A stretch of DNA of 64,000 bases from Amoebidium appalachense (taxonomy: Eukaryota; Protista; Ichthyosporea): assembly GCA_963693365.1 (NCBI GenBank), contig CAVNZM010000001.1:11372161-11436160 (forward strand), in the 5' to 3' direction. The stretch's first letter is position 1. Each line of letters begins with the position of its first letter. Under the pieces are notes generated by a model, which worked only from the letters and a program-made list of their open reading frames with translations, made no database searches and had not been told where the DNA came from. A program made the position numbers and the translations under genes. Below, in pieces: positions 1-24,500 of this stretch.

Positions 1-320
1 TATATGCTCGACTATCTCCCGAATATTTATATGCTCTTGTGGTTGTGGGGTTGCAGGAAAATTGGTGTTCACCTGTTCAAGTTCGACAATGTGTGTGTAC
101 GATCGATATGTTCGCTTTGGGTCATGTGGGTGAGGTACAAATGTGTTTTAGCGAGTTGAACTTTCGATTTTTGCCTCAAATCAACCCGTTGTATCTCGTT
201 TGAAATATGTTGTTTAAAATACCTTGTTTAAGAAAATTCCATAATTGTCTCGTTTATGTGTACCTCGGTTGACCATTCCATTCACTCTCACTCTGCATTG
301 CACACGTAGACATGGAGCAA

Positions 321-359
<39 letters not shown>

Positions 360-640
360 CGTCCCGGCAAGCAACCCAATACAGTTTTCGGACGCTAATT
401 AAACATATGCCACCGACACATAATGCACACACAACAAATCTGGCACGCACGCAAGCGTGTGTGCGCACACAGACGCACACATGCACATGCAGGCAGGCAG
501 GCACACACTCGCACCCCCTTAGTAAATGGACACACCCATTGTATTATCGACCCCATTCTCCCGCTCACAAACCTACAAACACCTAACCCCTACCCCTCCC
601 CCAATCCACGTCACAAAATCTCTCTGAATATAATGAATGA

Positions 641-681
<41 letters not shown>

Positions 682-951
682 ACCCCACACACACACACAC
701 ACACACACGGGTGAACATGGACACAATCAGACAGCATACATGCGCCGGCGCGCTCAGGCTTTACCCAGCGCTCCCCTTCGCGCTCCCTTTCCCCCTTGCA
801 CACACAAACCTATGCCCACACCTGACATCCCCCCCCCCCCCCCCCCCCCCCCCCTCCCCCCCCCCCCCCCTCCCCCGTCTCCCCCTCCCCCTTCTCCCCT
901 CCTCCCTCTCCACCCCTCTTTCTCCCCCCCCCCTCTACCTATATTACACAG

Positions 952-1194
952 AACATGATGGCAAATCCAAGCTCCACCGACAACCTGGACTGCATCGAGC
1001 TAGCAGAACGAATCATCGAACAGTCGTGGGAGGAGGAGGGGGACTACCTCCAGAGAGAGAAACTGGCAGATATACACGAACACGAAAACGAACACGAACA
1101 CGAGCACGAACACGAGGGGGAGGAGGAGTTGGACGACAACGAACAGCAGTCAAGCTCGGTGGTGCTGAACAGACCCGAACTGAAACATACATAA
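952..1194 (+). CDS. Probable terminal exon of a gene starting upstream; acidic, (HE)n low-complexity hypothetical protein
   Basis: Acceptor tattacacag at 951, then open frame NMMANPSSTDNLDCIELAERIIEQSWEEEGDYLQ...LKHT* with protein-like composition; upstream sequence has the sense-strand C/CA intron signature. No family recognised. Confidence 0.45.
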   Translation, partial: NMMANPSSTDNLDCIELAERIIEQSWEEEGDYLQREKLADIHEHENEHEHEHEHEGEEELDDNEQQSSSVVLNRPELKHT

Positions 1195-1405
1195 CTGAAC
1201 CGACCCGAGTTACTATGATGAATAACCGACCGGACTTGAAACCAAGACAAAGGCCGATTCGACCCGGATCGAACCAAAACAATTACAGCCGAAATAAGCC
1301 GGAACCAAATTCATAGCTGATCCGACCTGGAACAAAAACATAGGCGATTCGACCCAAATTCAAATTTATAGCTTATTCGACCCGGAACCAAAACAAACCT
1401 CATAG
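1170..1405. repeat. Degenerate ~27-bp tandem repeat with TTCGACCCG core
   Basis: Units such as ATAGCTGATCCGACCTGGAACAAAAAC / ATAGGCGATTCGACCCAAATTCAAATTT / ATAGCTTATTCGACCCGGAACCAAAAC. Confidence 0.6.
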
Positions 1406-2669
1406 TCAATTGCAACGAGCTGAATTAGTACTACATTTCTAATGATAATTGCTGTAGCAATCTGATTGTTATAAATAATTATAATGGTTTGTGACACGTA
1501 TGTATGTGAAAATATTACCTGGTATAATGTACTCTCGCATTGTGTGATAACTCCTTGTTCCCTGCACGAATGCCGAATCTCTAAATGTCGTTGCAGTTGC
1601 CAAGTATGGCTCAGTGTTCCGTTGAATATTTTTATTTTTTTATCTGTCAACTATAAAAGGTAGTTGAGCATGTCATTGATTCAATGTATTGCTGTATACA
1701 CTATTCAATGTGATTCTAGTATTAACAATAATAATGCTAGAAGTGCAACTAGTATTAATTTTACATTTGAGACAGATTGAGGTTTTTTTTAAAAGGAAAG
1801 TGTTCGTATATGTTCCGCCACTTTTTGCCAAATTTAGTCTTCTTTGTGTCCCCTGATGCTGCAATAAAAATGTGCTCATCGCGTTGTTTTGCCTATGAAG
1901 TTTACACTGCTTCACATACCTGCAGTTTTGCCAAAATTTTGGACCGACTATATATATGTGCAGTTGGTAGTCTCTATGTTGTGTATAAAGTAATTTCAGG
2001 GTCAATTGGGTCGAAGCCCTTTTTATTTTAATCAATTCTTTTTTTTTTTAAGTTACCGCACATAATATGCACAGCATACGCAAAAGGGATGTTAACAAAA
2101 AAAAAGAAAACAAGCATGTACAAAAAAGGCTAAATATTGCCGACGAAACAAAGCAATAATGATGTGTTAGCTATAGATCAGAGGCATACAAGTTATTTTT
2201 TTGTGTGTGTTTGCATTCGGATTGACGATATTCCTACTTTTTTATTATTATTGTTTTATTTATCTTGTTAGATTTTTATATTATTTTTATATGCACATGT
2301 GCATGCAAGTAGCACGAATTCATACACGCTTGCCCAATATAAATAAGACCACGACGCCACATCATTCAGTAGGTGTAAAGAAAACTCAAATGGAAAAACT
2401 CGATGTACGTATCCATAAACACACACATGTACGGCATTTTTTTACAGGGTATATAACAACAGTATTCATCAGTGAAGTCCGATATGTCATATCAGTAATG
2501 AAAGGCAGAAGTTCAACCAACTGAAGTATCCTATTCATAAGCTCACACATGCATATTCTCAAAGTTAACAGACACAGCCATGTGCACACGTACAACTAAC
2601 TGTCGGCGCATCGAACGCTGTACACATACATACATGCACAACTTTAACGATAGCTTCAGTGTGTGTACA

Positions 2670-2708
<39 letters not shown>

Positions 2709-2711
2709 TGT

Positions 2712-2752
<41 letters not shown>

Positions 2753-3580
2753 TGTGTGTGCATGTAAACAGTCGTGCACGTGTCATTTCTTAATGACAAC
2801 TACTAACAGATGGAGCAGAGACAGCCGAGCTATACATGCATGCTATACCTCCATTTGGCCTCCAAGTAAAAGGAGAGGCCAGTGATGCTACCGAAAATGC
2901 ACGGGTTGTTACTATAAATTGAAAGATAAAAAACAGAATTTTTAGCGACGGCCGTGATATCGATTACATCCTGCTATAATTCAATGGGGCGAACCATAGG
3001 AACCGCTGAAATACCCAAGAGAATTTTGAGCTCCCTGGTTTTGGTTGCTGCCAAAACCTGCTCCACGTCCTTCAGACTCATAAAATTCCGGATTCCGCGC
3101 GCAGAAATACGGTTTAGATTCGCCGTCCCCACGCTCAAGAAAGAAACGGAAGGGGGTGTCCACACGCACTCCTTCCCACCAATCGCAGACCTGTATTCAT
3201 CCTCGTGATCGCGAGCTCAAAACTGAAAAATACCGCGGCTTGACTGTGATATTGCTGTATCACACAGCCGTCATGACCCAGCTCCCCTACATATCGCACA
3301 TATAACCCCATATGGTTGAAGTCATATTCGTTGTTAGCACCAAACAGCCGCGCAAACAACACAAACTTCATTCCATTCACCTCAAACTCGTCCGATTGGT
3401 ACTTAACGTTGTTAATCCAGAGATGTCCGTCTGCCGGTGCCGGTGGGAACCTAATCGGCACGCATTTGTTCCGACGGGGACGAAACCATTCTCGCGGTGG
3501 ATCCATAGAACTAGGTATCACACATGCAAAGTCTTTGCGGTAGCTAGCCATAACTCGGCAAGCCATCAACAAAGCACGGT

Positions 3581-3771
3581 GGGGGGTTTACGCTGTTTAC
3601 TCGAGGCAAAGAGAGACCAGTCTCAGGTATGGGGGGGTTTTGCTCGGAATATCCCCTCAGCGGTATATCATGATCACGTACATAGCTGTCGGGTGATGAT
3701 TATATATCAGGGTTTACTTTCTCTACGAGACACCATAAAGACTGAGAAAAATCAATTAGTTGGGGTTCCCC

Positions 3772-3806
<35 letters not shown>
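3581..3806. mobile_element. 226-bp insertion with 5-bp target-site duplication (ACGGT), G6 at left end and ~T34 at right end
   Basis: ACGGT at 3576-3580 and 3807-3811. Removing the insert restores GIVSDR-ALLMACR, homologous to GVVSDK-VLLLAYR in paralog B. Confidence 0.8.
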
Positions 3807-3808
<2 letters not shown>

Positions 3809-4476
3809 GGTCGCTAACAATCCCGGTTCTTTCCACATCATTCAACTCCTTACCGGTCATCATTGAATACCGTATAGACATTTCTACCTCACAAAAATCG
3901 ACCCTGTCGCTGCTGACCACTTGCGCGCCGTTTCGAATATTTCAAATTCACTCATGTTGATTCGATCACACTCTAACAGCGCACATACGACACTAGCTGG
4001 CGCCTGGTGAAGCAGATATTCGTCTTGGAGAAGAGTTGTGGCTCCTTTCTTAATCCTCTCTATACAATAGTCACATACACTTGTCGACACAAAACAGCGG
4101 ATCCAAGGTTTTCGTCAATCCGATTGTGTTTTCGTCGGATAATTCTGTGCGTGCTCGTTTCGCGGGGATTCCCCTGGCGGAGGAAGTCTCGCATATCGTG
4201 TGCGCTTGTTACTACGCGCATGAAAAGAATATCGTTTCCCTCCAATGTTGGTTTCATGTTGAGGAATTTGAAAACTAGCTCTTTGTAATGATCTTCCATT
4301 GCAAACTGTGAATAATAAAGAAAACAGTGGGTCAGATGTGTGGCATATTATATGCATGTATCTGATCCTACTTGTGTTGTGTATCCTGGGCGATTCAAAT
4401 AAAGGCAACTCTCATAAAACGTGTGTGTGTGTGTGTGTGTTTGGGGGGTAGGGGAGGAGGCACGCACGCACACACA

Positions 4477-4517
<41 letters not shown>

Positions 4518-4611
4518 GGAGGGAGGGAGGGAGGGAGGGAGGGAGGGAGGGAGGGAGGGAGGGAGGGAGGGAGGGAGAGAGGGAGAGAGAGTGGGAGAGG
4601 GGGGGGGGGAG

Positions 4612-4645
<34 letters not shown>

Positions 4646-4837
4646 GGGGGGGGGGGGAGGGGAGGGAGGGAGGGAGGCAGGGAGGGAGGGAGGGAGGGAG
4701 GGAGGGAGGGAAGGAGGGAGGGAGGGAGGGAGGGAGGGAGGGAGGGAGGGAGGGGGGGGGAGAGAGAGAGAGAGAGAGTTCATGCACTTGAGTGCTTATG
4801 CCTGTGCGCGGATCGAGACTTTTGGGTTGAATGGGCG

Positions 4838-4869
<32 letters not shown>

Positions 4870-4958
4870 GAGGGGGGGGGGGGTAGAGGGCAAGAAGGAG
4901 GCAGGGAGGATGTGTGTGGGTGGGATGGGGGGAGGGGGGAGGAGGGTGGGGGACGGGT

Positions 4959-5001
<43 letters not shown>

Positions 5002-5003
<2 letters not shown>

Positions 5004-5033
5004 TGAATGCGGAACACAGTACAAAGTACGCAT
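5002..5033 (-). mobile_element. 32-nt terminal fragment of the poly(C)-associated element
   Basis: tttgaatgcggaacacagtacaaagtacgcat matches the fixed end of copy 5614-6014; G runs on both sides. Confidence 0.75.
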
Positions 5034-5613
5034 GGGGGGGGGGGGGGGGGGGAGTGCATGGACGATGGTAGACATGGAAGCAAAGGCCCTGATAATCGGT
5101 TACTCTGGGGAAAAAAAAGAGCAAAACACAAGTGTGCAAATGTGCAGACAGACGACTCAAGAGCAGGGCTCATAATCAGAAGACCCGACAAAGAAACGGG
5201 GTTAGACTACCTAAAACATCGAGTGTGGTTCTCAACCCTAAGGGGGGGGGGGGGGGGGGGGGGGGGGGGATGTATGTGTTAGAGGGTTGGAAATATGGAG
5301 GAGACAACAAAGAGCAACAACAAAGTGTCACAAAAGTGGGAAACCCAAAATCAAGCAATTTAAGAGTGCAGGCAGAAGACACTTGAACAGAGCCAAGGGG
5401 GTTCCAAAACGGGAGGGGGGGAAGGGGGGGGGGGGGGGGGGAAGGGGGGGGGGAGGGCGAGGGGGGCAGACAGGGGGAGGGGAGGAGGAGAGGGGGGGGG
5501 TTGATATATGCGTTGGAGGGTTGAAAGCGAGAAGGACACATAAGAAGACCCCCCCCCCCCAAAAAAAAAGAAAGAAATCAAACGGGAAGGAGGGGGGGGG
5601 GGGGGGGGGGGGG

Positions 5614-6012
5614 TTGAATGCGGAACACGGTACGAAGTACGCATACACGATGAGAAGCATGGTGCAGGACACATGCAAAGGCAAACATTCAAGTATGCAA
5701 CATCAGCCATGCGCACAGTATGCGTTATAAGTAGAGCCCATCCTCAGGGAGGGCCCAAGTCATCAATTGCGTCTGAGTTTCGACTCCTTAGCCCGCGTAA
5801 TTACGACTCTCCAACTCAGACAGCAGCATCAACTGAACTTGGGAGGGTCAACCCGTCTTGATCAAAGACGAGCAGGGTTGCTTATGCAAGCAAGGTGAGC
5901 AAAACGGTGAAGATGTGTGTGCAAACTAAAGCAGTGCAGCGAAAAATGCGTATGTGCTTACAGATGCACGACACAGAGCAACCATGCCCGGTTGCATGGA
6001 AGCAAAGCGGTC

Positions 6013-6014
<2 letters not shown>
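5614..6014 (-). mobile_element. Full-length ~400-nt poly(C)-associated structured interspersed element (copy 1)
   Basis: Near-identical reverse complement of 40698-41082 and direct match to 55919-56260; embedded between G runs 5592-5613 and 6015-6045; no TIR, no credible ORF. Confidence 0.9.
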
Positions 6015-6047
<33 letters not shown>

Positions 6048-8770
6048 GGCAGAAGACACTTTACCATAGCCCATTGGGGGTAAAGAGATGAGGGGGAGAG
6101 GAGGAGGGGGGCCCGGGGGACGGGGGACGGGGGGAAGGGGGGGGGGGGGGGGGGGGGGGGAGGAGAGAGATAGAGAGAGGGAGGGAGGGAGGGAGGGAGA
6201 GAGGGGGGGGAGGGAGGGAGGGAGGGGGGAGGGGGGGGGGGGGGGGGGGAGGGAGGGAGGGAGGGGGGGGGGGGGGGGAGAGGGAGAGGGGGGAGAGGAA
6301 GGGGGAGAGAGAGAAAGAATGAGAGAGAGAGTGTGTGTGTGTGTGAGGGGGGGTAGGGGGGGGGGGGGGGGGGGGGGGGAGGGGGCAGAAAAAGAGATAT
6401 CAAGAGATTATCTATGTCTGTGTTTGTGTAAGGAAGCAGAATGGGAGATAGGAAAAGGAAGAGTGAATAGAGGAAAGAAGAGTCAGCTTTTACGACGACC
6501 AGTAATTTACTACATTGTCTGTGCGAGAGAGAGGGGGGGAGAGAGAAAGTGAGAACGAAAAAAACAAAAGAGAAACATGAAGACGGCGTGGAAAGATCGA
6601 AAAACTCTGTGCTTGTAGGAGGAGTCCTATATCATATCGGCTAAATGGGAGGGAAGGCGCTGGAAAAGGGTACTAATTAAAGGAGAGTCATGTTGCCCAA
6701 TATGGTAGTTCCCACCTTGTTAGCGGCGTTTATGAGTTCTATGCAGTCCCTCAGGCCCACGTGGCACGGTATGCCGTAGACGCAGTTGAGCAGCAGCCCG
6801 AGAGTGTGCGCAGAAAGCTCCTCCAGCCCCACCCTGGCCTGCCCCGCCTCCACAAACCCCGTCCGTCCAAGCAGCCCCTCCCAGTAGTCGCTGGTCGTCG
6901 CCTGGAAAAAAAAAAGAAAAAAAGAAAAGGAAGAAAGAAAGAAAGAAAAAAAAAGAAAGAAAGGGGGACTTAGAAGGTGTACGTAGGCAGGTCGCAGTGT
7001 CGGAGTCCATGAAGATGTAAGCGTAGTGTTTTGTTTTTGGAAAGAACATTGGTTTTGACTATATACGGTGTAGTTTCCTTGTTGGGCAATAGGAATTGGC
7101 CATATAAAGTAATCCTGGAGAGATGCCGACACGGTCGTTTATCTGAACCTCCGATGATGGGGGAGAGGGGGGCATTGTTCGGAAAAAGAGGCATCATATG
7201 ACGGTCAGACCATTTATTTTGTTGTTGTTTGCTGACTTTAGCGTCACACACACACACACACACACAGTCTCTCATCTCCCCCTCTCCCCCCCCCTCCCCC
7301 CTCTCTCTCTGTCTGTGTGCGTGTGTGTGTGCGTGCACGTGAGCGCGTGTGTATGTGTGTGTGTGTGTGCGTGTGTGTGCGCGTGCGCCAGTGTGTGTAC
7401 TTGCGCGCGCGCGGGTGTGTGTGTGTGTGCGTGCGTGTGCGCCAGCACGTCTGGATGTGTATCTGTGTGCTTTGCACGTGTGTTGCAGAGGGAAGACAAA
7501 AAAGAAGGCACCTGCCCGACTCTCCCCCCCCCCCCCCCCTCCACACACACACACATACGTCATCCCATCTCACCCTCACCCTCTCCGTCCTCCCTTCTTC
7601 CCCCCCCCCCCCCCCCCCCCCCCCCACCGCCCCTAACACTCCAATCTTTCTTATTTCCCCTGCACGTGTCAGTATCATTCAGCCGTGCTCCCTTCCTCAT
7701 CATAACATTTTTCACATAAGGCAAGTGCACACATTAGTAAGCAAACACCGGAAAAATATAGACAACGCCACCTTCGCCTAGCGTTATGCAAGCTGAAGCA
7801 CAAAAAGCATCCAGCCCCCCAATTAAAGCTACCCCACCCCCCACCCCCTCTCCCCCTCCCCCTTACCCCTCCCCCCTTCCCTGCTGCCCAATGCCCACTC
7901 AGACACAAGCACACACCCACCTCCCCAAACCTCCGCACGGACACGCACACACCACAGAAACAAGGCTTTTTCTGTCTGGCCACCCACTCAAGTTTCCAAC
8001 ATCTGCACAAGTTCCCTCTTTTCATGCCCCCCAACATCCGCCTTCATGATGAGCACAGCCCTTATAATGCTAGAGGTGTGCGTGTACATGTTGACCCGAC
8101 GATTGTGCAGCTAAGCATAAAACTAGAGCACACTTATATGGCACCTCTACAGCTTAACCACATCGACACAGAACACCTATCAAGCTTACACACAACACAT
8201 CAAGCAAATCAAGTTTTAAATCACCATATGTTCTGGAACACGCACCAGAAAGATACGGTGGACGTGGAATTCCCTCCTACCGAACCCGTGTTCCTCTTCA
8301 GCCGTCAGCACCAGGTCGCACAGCCGCCGCTCAGAAAAAGAAGCGCGAACCGCTGTTGCTGGCTTCGGATCCGTAGTTCATGGCAGCAGCAGTGGCGCTC
8401 CCAACGTTGATATCTCTGTAGCTGTTGTACATACACAAAAGCTGCAGAAGATCTAGAAATAATCATGGGTTCAAAAAACATTACTCCACTGCTTCTAAAC
8501 TGCCCCGAGCCTGCTGCAGCAGCAAGGCCTCCGGGATTAGGAGGCCTTGTGCAGCAGCCGGCCCGGGCGTTGTGGTGAGGCTCAGTCTACAATCAAACAC
8601 TTCCTGTTTTGTTTCTTCAACCTATCCCGAGGCCAATATAATCCAAACTCTGCAAGACATGACGTCATGTGGTTCAAGACTACAATGTAGATGTGAGTCT
8701 ATGGCCAAAAAAAAAATCTTGGAAAAAAAAAGGTACCGTAACACACACACACCTTTTTTTTTTCTTGCCG

Positions 8771-8802
<32 letters not shown>

Positions 8803-8812
8803 GGTTGTGGGG

Positions 8813-8861
<49 letters not shown>

Positions 8862-9270
8862 GAGACCTGGAAGTGCTCGTAACAACATTTATTATCGAAA
8901 TACTCTCAGTGCTACGAGGCTGTTATGTGCACACCAACTGAATTAGATGTTCGAATTCACTTCACAGAATATTCAACTACCACCGACTTTTCGAACTCTC
9001 AAATGTACAGAAGCATTCCCAGGGTCCAACAGCTTCCAGTTTATAACCTCTGTCTGCAGTAGATTCACAGCTTAACCCTTGTGGCGCTAGCAACATTTCA
9101 CGGCTCAGATGTTTGCAAAGATCATTCTTCACAGTAAAAACAAAATCCCAGGTGATCCTCTGATCGTGCTGCACCACTTCATGAAGGCTCTCCTGTTGCC
9201 TTGTAAAGATATATGTACATAGACAAAGCGGTTACAGATTTGAAAGATAGTACATCAAGAAATTTTGGGT

Positions 9271-11567
9271 CTAAGAACATCGGGAGGCAACAGCAGAAAG
9301 ACGACAAGCAGACCATCCAACAAGCAAATCTAGCTCGTTTCTTCCTGAAGCTTCCACTAAACGCTGGGCCTCTGTCCACGGAAGAAATTTGTGAGTACCC
9401 CGTGCTGTTGAACAGTTGGTCTCGGTCATCACGCTGCCTGCACTAAACAGCAGGTGGGTTCCAGTGGTGTATGGTGGGCATGACGGATAGTTGGCCACCT
9501 CCACACTAGCCGCTGCTTGCGCATGGCACAGGATTGTTTGCTCCAACATGCCTGCCCCATCCACTGGACCCAGAAACTCAAAGTATACACCGAGATACTT
9601 CGTGCTGGCTCCATTCCGATCCTCAACGAAGGACTTAGAGACCAAACGAAACCGTAGCTTATTAACATCTATTGCGTCTGAAAAGCAGAGGCTGTCGACA
9701 AGTCCGTTCGGATACCTCATTGCCAGCCGCTTGTTTCGTCGAGGCATAAACCATTGGGTTGGGATACTCAAACCAGCAGGCTTGTTCCCATAATCCGTGC
9801 GACAAGACGATAGCGAGCGATAGGCCAAAAGCAGAACTTTGTCACTAACCACACCGCTCAGCGAAACCTCGTGCAACTGGGCATCGGTCATAGCCGGGTA
9901 TCTCACACACACGGCCACATTGTCGAAGTCGTGGCCCGTAGTCTCAGCCCATTTCTTTCCTGCTCTGAAAATGTCGATTTCTTCCATGTCCAAACGGTCG
10001 TAGCTCATCAATAGCTCCATTACTCTTGGAGGAGCCTGCTTCAGTAGGTCATCCTTGCGCATAATGTCACCAGCCCCCTCCTTGAGCTTATGGGTGCAGT
10101 AGTCAACTACTTGCTTGTCGGCGCACAACAAGGGCTCGACCGTGTGCGTTTCACTTTCTTCGTCAGCTAAACGTTTTCGTTTGGCCGGAGGGTATGCTGG
10201 CTCGTTTGTTGTGTCGTTTGCAGCCAATACCACACTCATGAAGAGAGCCTCGTTTCCAGCAAGTGGCGGTTTGATGTCCAAAAACTTGGCCACCAACCTC
10301 TGCTGCAGGCCATCCATGACATACTGCAAGGAAAGAGCAGATATGGGTGACGTGAGCAGATGTGTGTGTGTGATGCCCTGGTTTGGGGGGGGGGGGGGGG
10401 GGGGAACTTCATCGGATAAGAGCCCGTCAGCCCGTCCCTTACCTTTTTCCTCTTTACTCAGGAAAACCCGCCTCTCGCTCTCCCCCTCAGAAAACACAAA
10501 CACGTGTGTGTGCTAACAAACACACACACCCTGGGCTAAAAACACAGCCCCAGTATGTCAAACTCTCTCTTCTCGTTCACTACCCCTCCTCCTCCCCCCC
10601 CCCCCCCCCCCCCCCCCCCCGTCCTCCCCAACAGACACCCTGCCTCCCTCACTCACTTTGGCTGCTTTTTTCGCATCACATACATTCCTCTTCCCTGCTT
10701 TTTTTCGCATGATATTCCCTCGCCCCCATCCCCGCGTGTCTCCTTTCCGGCATACAACAGAGAAACCAAAGCTACTTTTTATAGGTAAAGAATGCACATC
10801 CTTGCCTAAAACGCCACCACAAGCTCTTCCAGGAAAAAGAAACAACCAAAGAGGATTATGTAGTTGTCAGATGTCATGTCAGAAGTCATATGTCAACTTA
10901 CACACACCTTGTCGGCGGCGTTTATGAGGTCTATGCAGTCCCTCGGGCCGACGTGGCACGGTATGCCGTAGACGCAGTTGAGCAGCAGCCCGAGCGTGTG
11001 CGCAGAAAGCTCCTCCAGGCCCACCCTGGCCTGCCCCGCCTCCACAAACCCCTCCCGTCCAAGGAGACCCTCCCAGTAGTCGCTGGTTGTCGCCTGGGGC
11101 AGAACCAGGGGGTTAACTCAAAACCAGAAATCGGTACCAAAAAAAAATGCACATGCTGGAGCAACCCAAGCCAAAAGCTACGTTGCCCTTGCTCTACTTG
11201 TGCGCCAGAACGACATAAGGATGTTATTCTGGGCCTAGTTTAAACCTGTCAAAAATTGAGGCACTCACGAAGGGTCTTTCAGAAGAACTTGAGACAACAA
11301 AAAAAAAGAGGAAACAGCTACCTAATCCGACCAAACAAACCAGAGCTAATCCATCAATAAACCTCAAGATGAAGGCAGTTCTTGAACACACACCAGAAAG
11401 CAGCGGTGGACGTGGAACTCCTTCCGGCCCGACCCATCTTCCTCCGCAGCCGTCAGCACCAGGTCACACAGTCGCCGCTCAGAATAAAGACGTGCGAACC
11501 GTTCCTGTTGACCGTCCAAGCTGGTCACAAAAAGAGAGGGTGGTGTCGGATTTCCTTGCTCTGCCAT
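9271..11567 (-). CDS. BTB/POZ - BACK-like - MATH-like domain protein (probable Cullin-3 adaptor), 3 exons, ~470 aa
   Basis: Exons 11567-11394, 11093-10908, 10323-9271, all GT-AG phase 0. BTB motifs LCDLVL..EFHVHRCFLATTSDYW..LLLNCVY..LINAADKY; BACK motifs LLMSYDRLDMEEIDIFRAGKKW..VRYPAM; MATH-like FSDAIDV..YLGVYF..GTHKFLPW. Confidence 0.85.
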
Positions 11568-13024
11568 TTTTTTACTAAACGAGGTGTGTGCTTGTTTGTG
11601 TATTTTTGAGGGATGCGTAGGTTTTTTGCAGTTTCCCTTTTTTAATGCTAAATCAGATTGAGTAAGGAAGAAAGCTAAAACCTAAATCTGCACGTGTACA
11701 GGTGTGCGAGAACCCCCTTCAGCTATGTGGTTGTTTTTGTGTAATTAAGATGTCCTACTCGATGGTGACAAACGGAAGTGTTCTTGTCAAAAAAGTTGGC
11801 ACTGCAGCATGAGTGCTTGAGAAGTCTACTACCGTAATCCTAAGCTTACATATTTACTCGTTTTATATGCCGAAGGTGACCAAATCAAAAATGGATGACG
11901 TATCATATGAGGACTATAAATTGCGAGTGCGATCCGATAGCAGAGGCTCAATCGGAAATGGGTTTGCGCAAACGAAACGCAAAGAGCTGGCCAATCAGAA
12001 GAGAATGTTAGTGCTCAGTTTCGTCAACAGCCGCGACTGTAGAGTTTCACCGAGCTATAACAACCCTGCCCCTGTAAACGCAGATGTTTTCTGAATAATC
12101 AATATTCAACAAAGAATTTATATACATTATAATGAATATTTTTGTGCTGAACGCGGTGAAGAAACTTTGAAAGTGTGGGCGGGCGGCGGTGGCGGCGGCC
12201 CGCGAAGCGCGCGCGATGATTGGCCCAGCTGCGGCGACAGCTTCCCCCAGATCTTTAGAGCCAAGGGATCTAAACAACTTTCAGGCTCGCTGAATGAACA
12301 GTAGCTTATGGTACTCATATCAAGACCAAAGACAAAGCACCAAAAAAGCTAATTTTGCGACTATATAAATTCCACTCAGATTCAAAAAAGTAATTTTTGT
12401 ATTTAAACGGCCTTGTTAGCGTGATAGTTATGAGTACTTTAAAGCTCACTTTTTTCAAGTCGATATACCCTGTTTTAAACCCCCTAAAATAACTAGAAGT
12501 TAGGTTCACGGAGGCATCGCTTTTGCCGGTGCTCTGCGCCTTTTTGGCCCCCTGAACTATTTATTACCTGAACTCTTCGTTCTTTTGCGAACAGAAAACC
12601 CTTCATTGGAGAAGGTAAATATTTTTAGTGTTCTTACTACTATTCTCTTGCTTGTACACATTAGTAGTTGTGGGCACGTGTTTTATACATCTGCTTGTGA
12701 GGTATGTCGGGATCTGTACTGTGAAAACTCCGAGCGTTTGGTTGGGATGCCGATGCACTTCATGTTTTTGAGTCCCTCCTTGTTTGTCTACCTGCTCAGA
12801 CTGATACCACACAATTGTAGTACCACCAGGCACCCACTTATTTATGTATGTAAGGCATAAGGGAATTAGTAGTCTTCACATCTTCTTTTCGCTCACCATG
12901 CGTTCTTGTTTTGGTGTGCGCATGCCTTTCAATGAGCAGATGTTCTACTTGCATGGTGTCTACTGACACAGTTCTTTACTCACACAATTCTTTCATTCAG
13001 AAGGGGCGCTGACACAGAGCCACC
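11568..13024. promoter_or_regulatory. Divergent intergenic/5'UTR region between the BTB gene (-) and PFKFB (+)
   Basis: Head-to-head genes; microsatellite-free; GC-rich patch ~12170-12245; CCAAT motifs near 11990 (gccaatcag) and 12217 (tgattggc). Promoter function is inferred. Confidence 0.35.
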
Positions 13025-24347
<11,323 letters not shown>

Positions 24348-24368
24348 TACTCGTTGCCTTTTTAGGCA

Positions 24369-24500
24369 GTTTTTAACAACTATTGCCTTTTTGGGCAAAA
24401 GTTTGCTCTCGGTGTTTAGGCCTTAAATGTGTTTGTCGTTTTTAATAACTATTGCCTTTTTTGGTAAGAGTTTATCTCTCGGTGGTTATGTCTTCAGTTA
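24369..24500. repeat. ~68-bp imperfect tandem duplication downstream of the PFKFB stop (probable 3'UTR)
   Basis: gtttttaacaactattgcctttttggg...ctctcggtg repeated as gtttttaataactattgcctttttt...ctctcggtg. Confidence 0.7.

Larger units (their letters stand above)
2974..8432 (-). pseudogene. BTB-BACK-MATH paralog A, pseudogene
   Basis: Same three-exon layout as the gene at 9271-11567: exon1 ~8432-8246 (ERRLCDLVLTAEEEHGFGRREFHVHRIFL), exon2 6901-6716 (intact), exon3 4305-2974. Several frameshifts (~8340, ~8360, ~4080, ~3900, ~3170-3230) and a 226-bp insertion at 3581-3806. Confidence 0.8.

Noticed and set aside
3581-3806. Insertion as a spliceable introner
   Set aside because: A GT exists at the start on the sense strand, but there is no AG at the end, and the nearest AG gives an immediate stop.
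5775-5790. Pol III B-box-like gagtttcgactcc suggesting a tRNA-derived SINE
   Set aside because: Imperfect match, in the middle of the element, with no clear A box or cloverleaf; better explained by the stem and crossing pair.
5673-5861. 62-aa ORF (MQRQTFKY...) repeated in element copies
   Set aside because: Shared only because the copies are recent; not preserved in the diverged copy and no recognisable domain.
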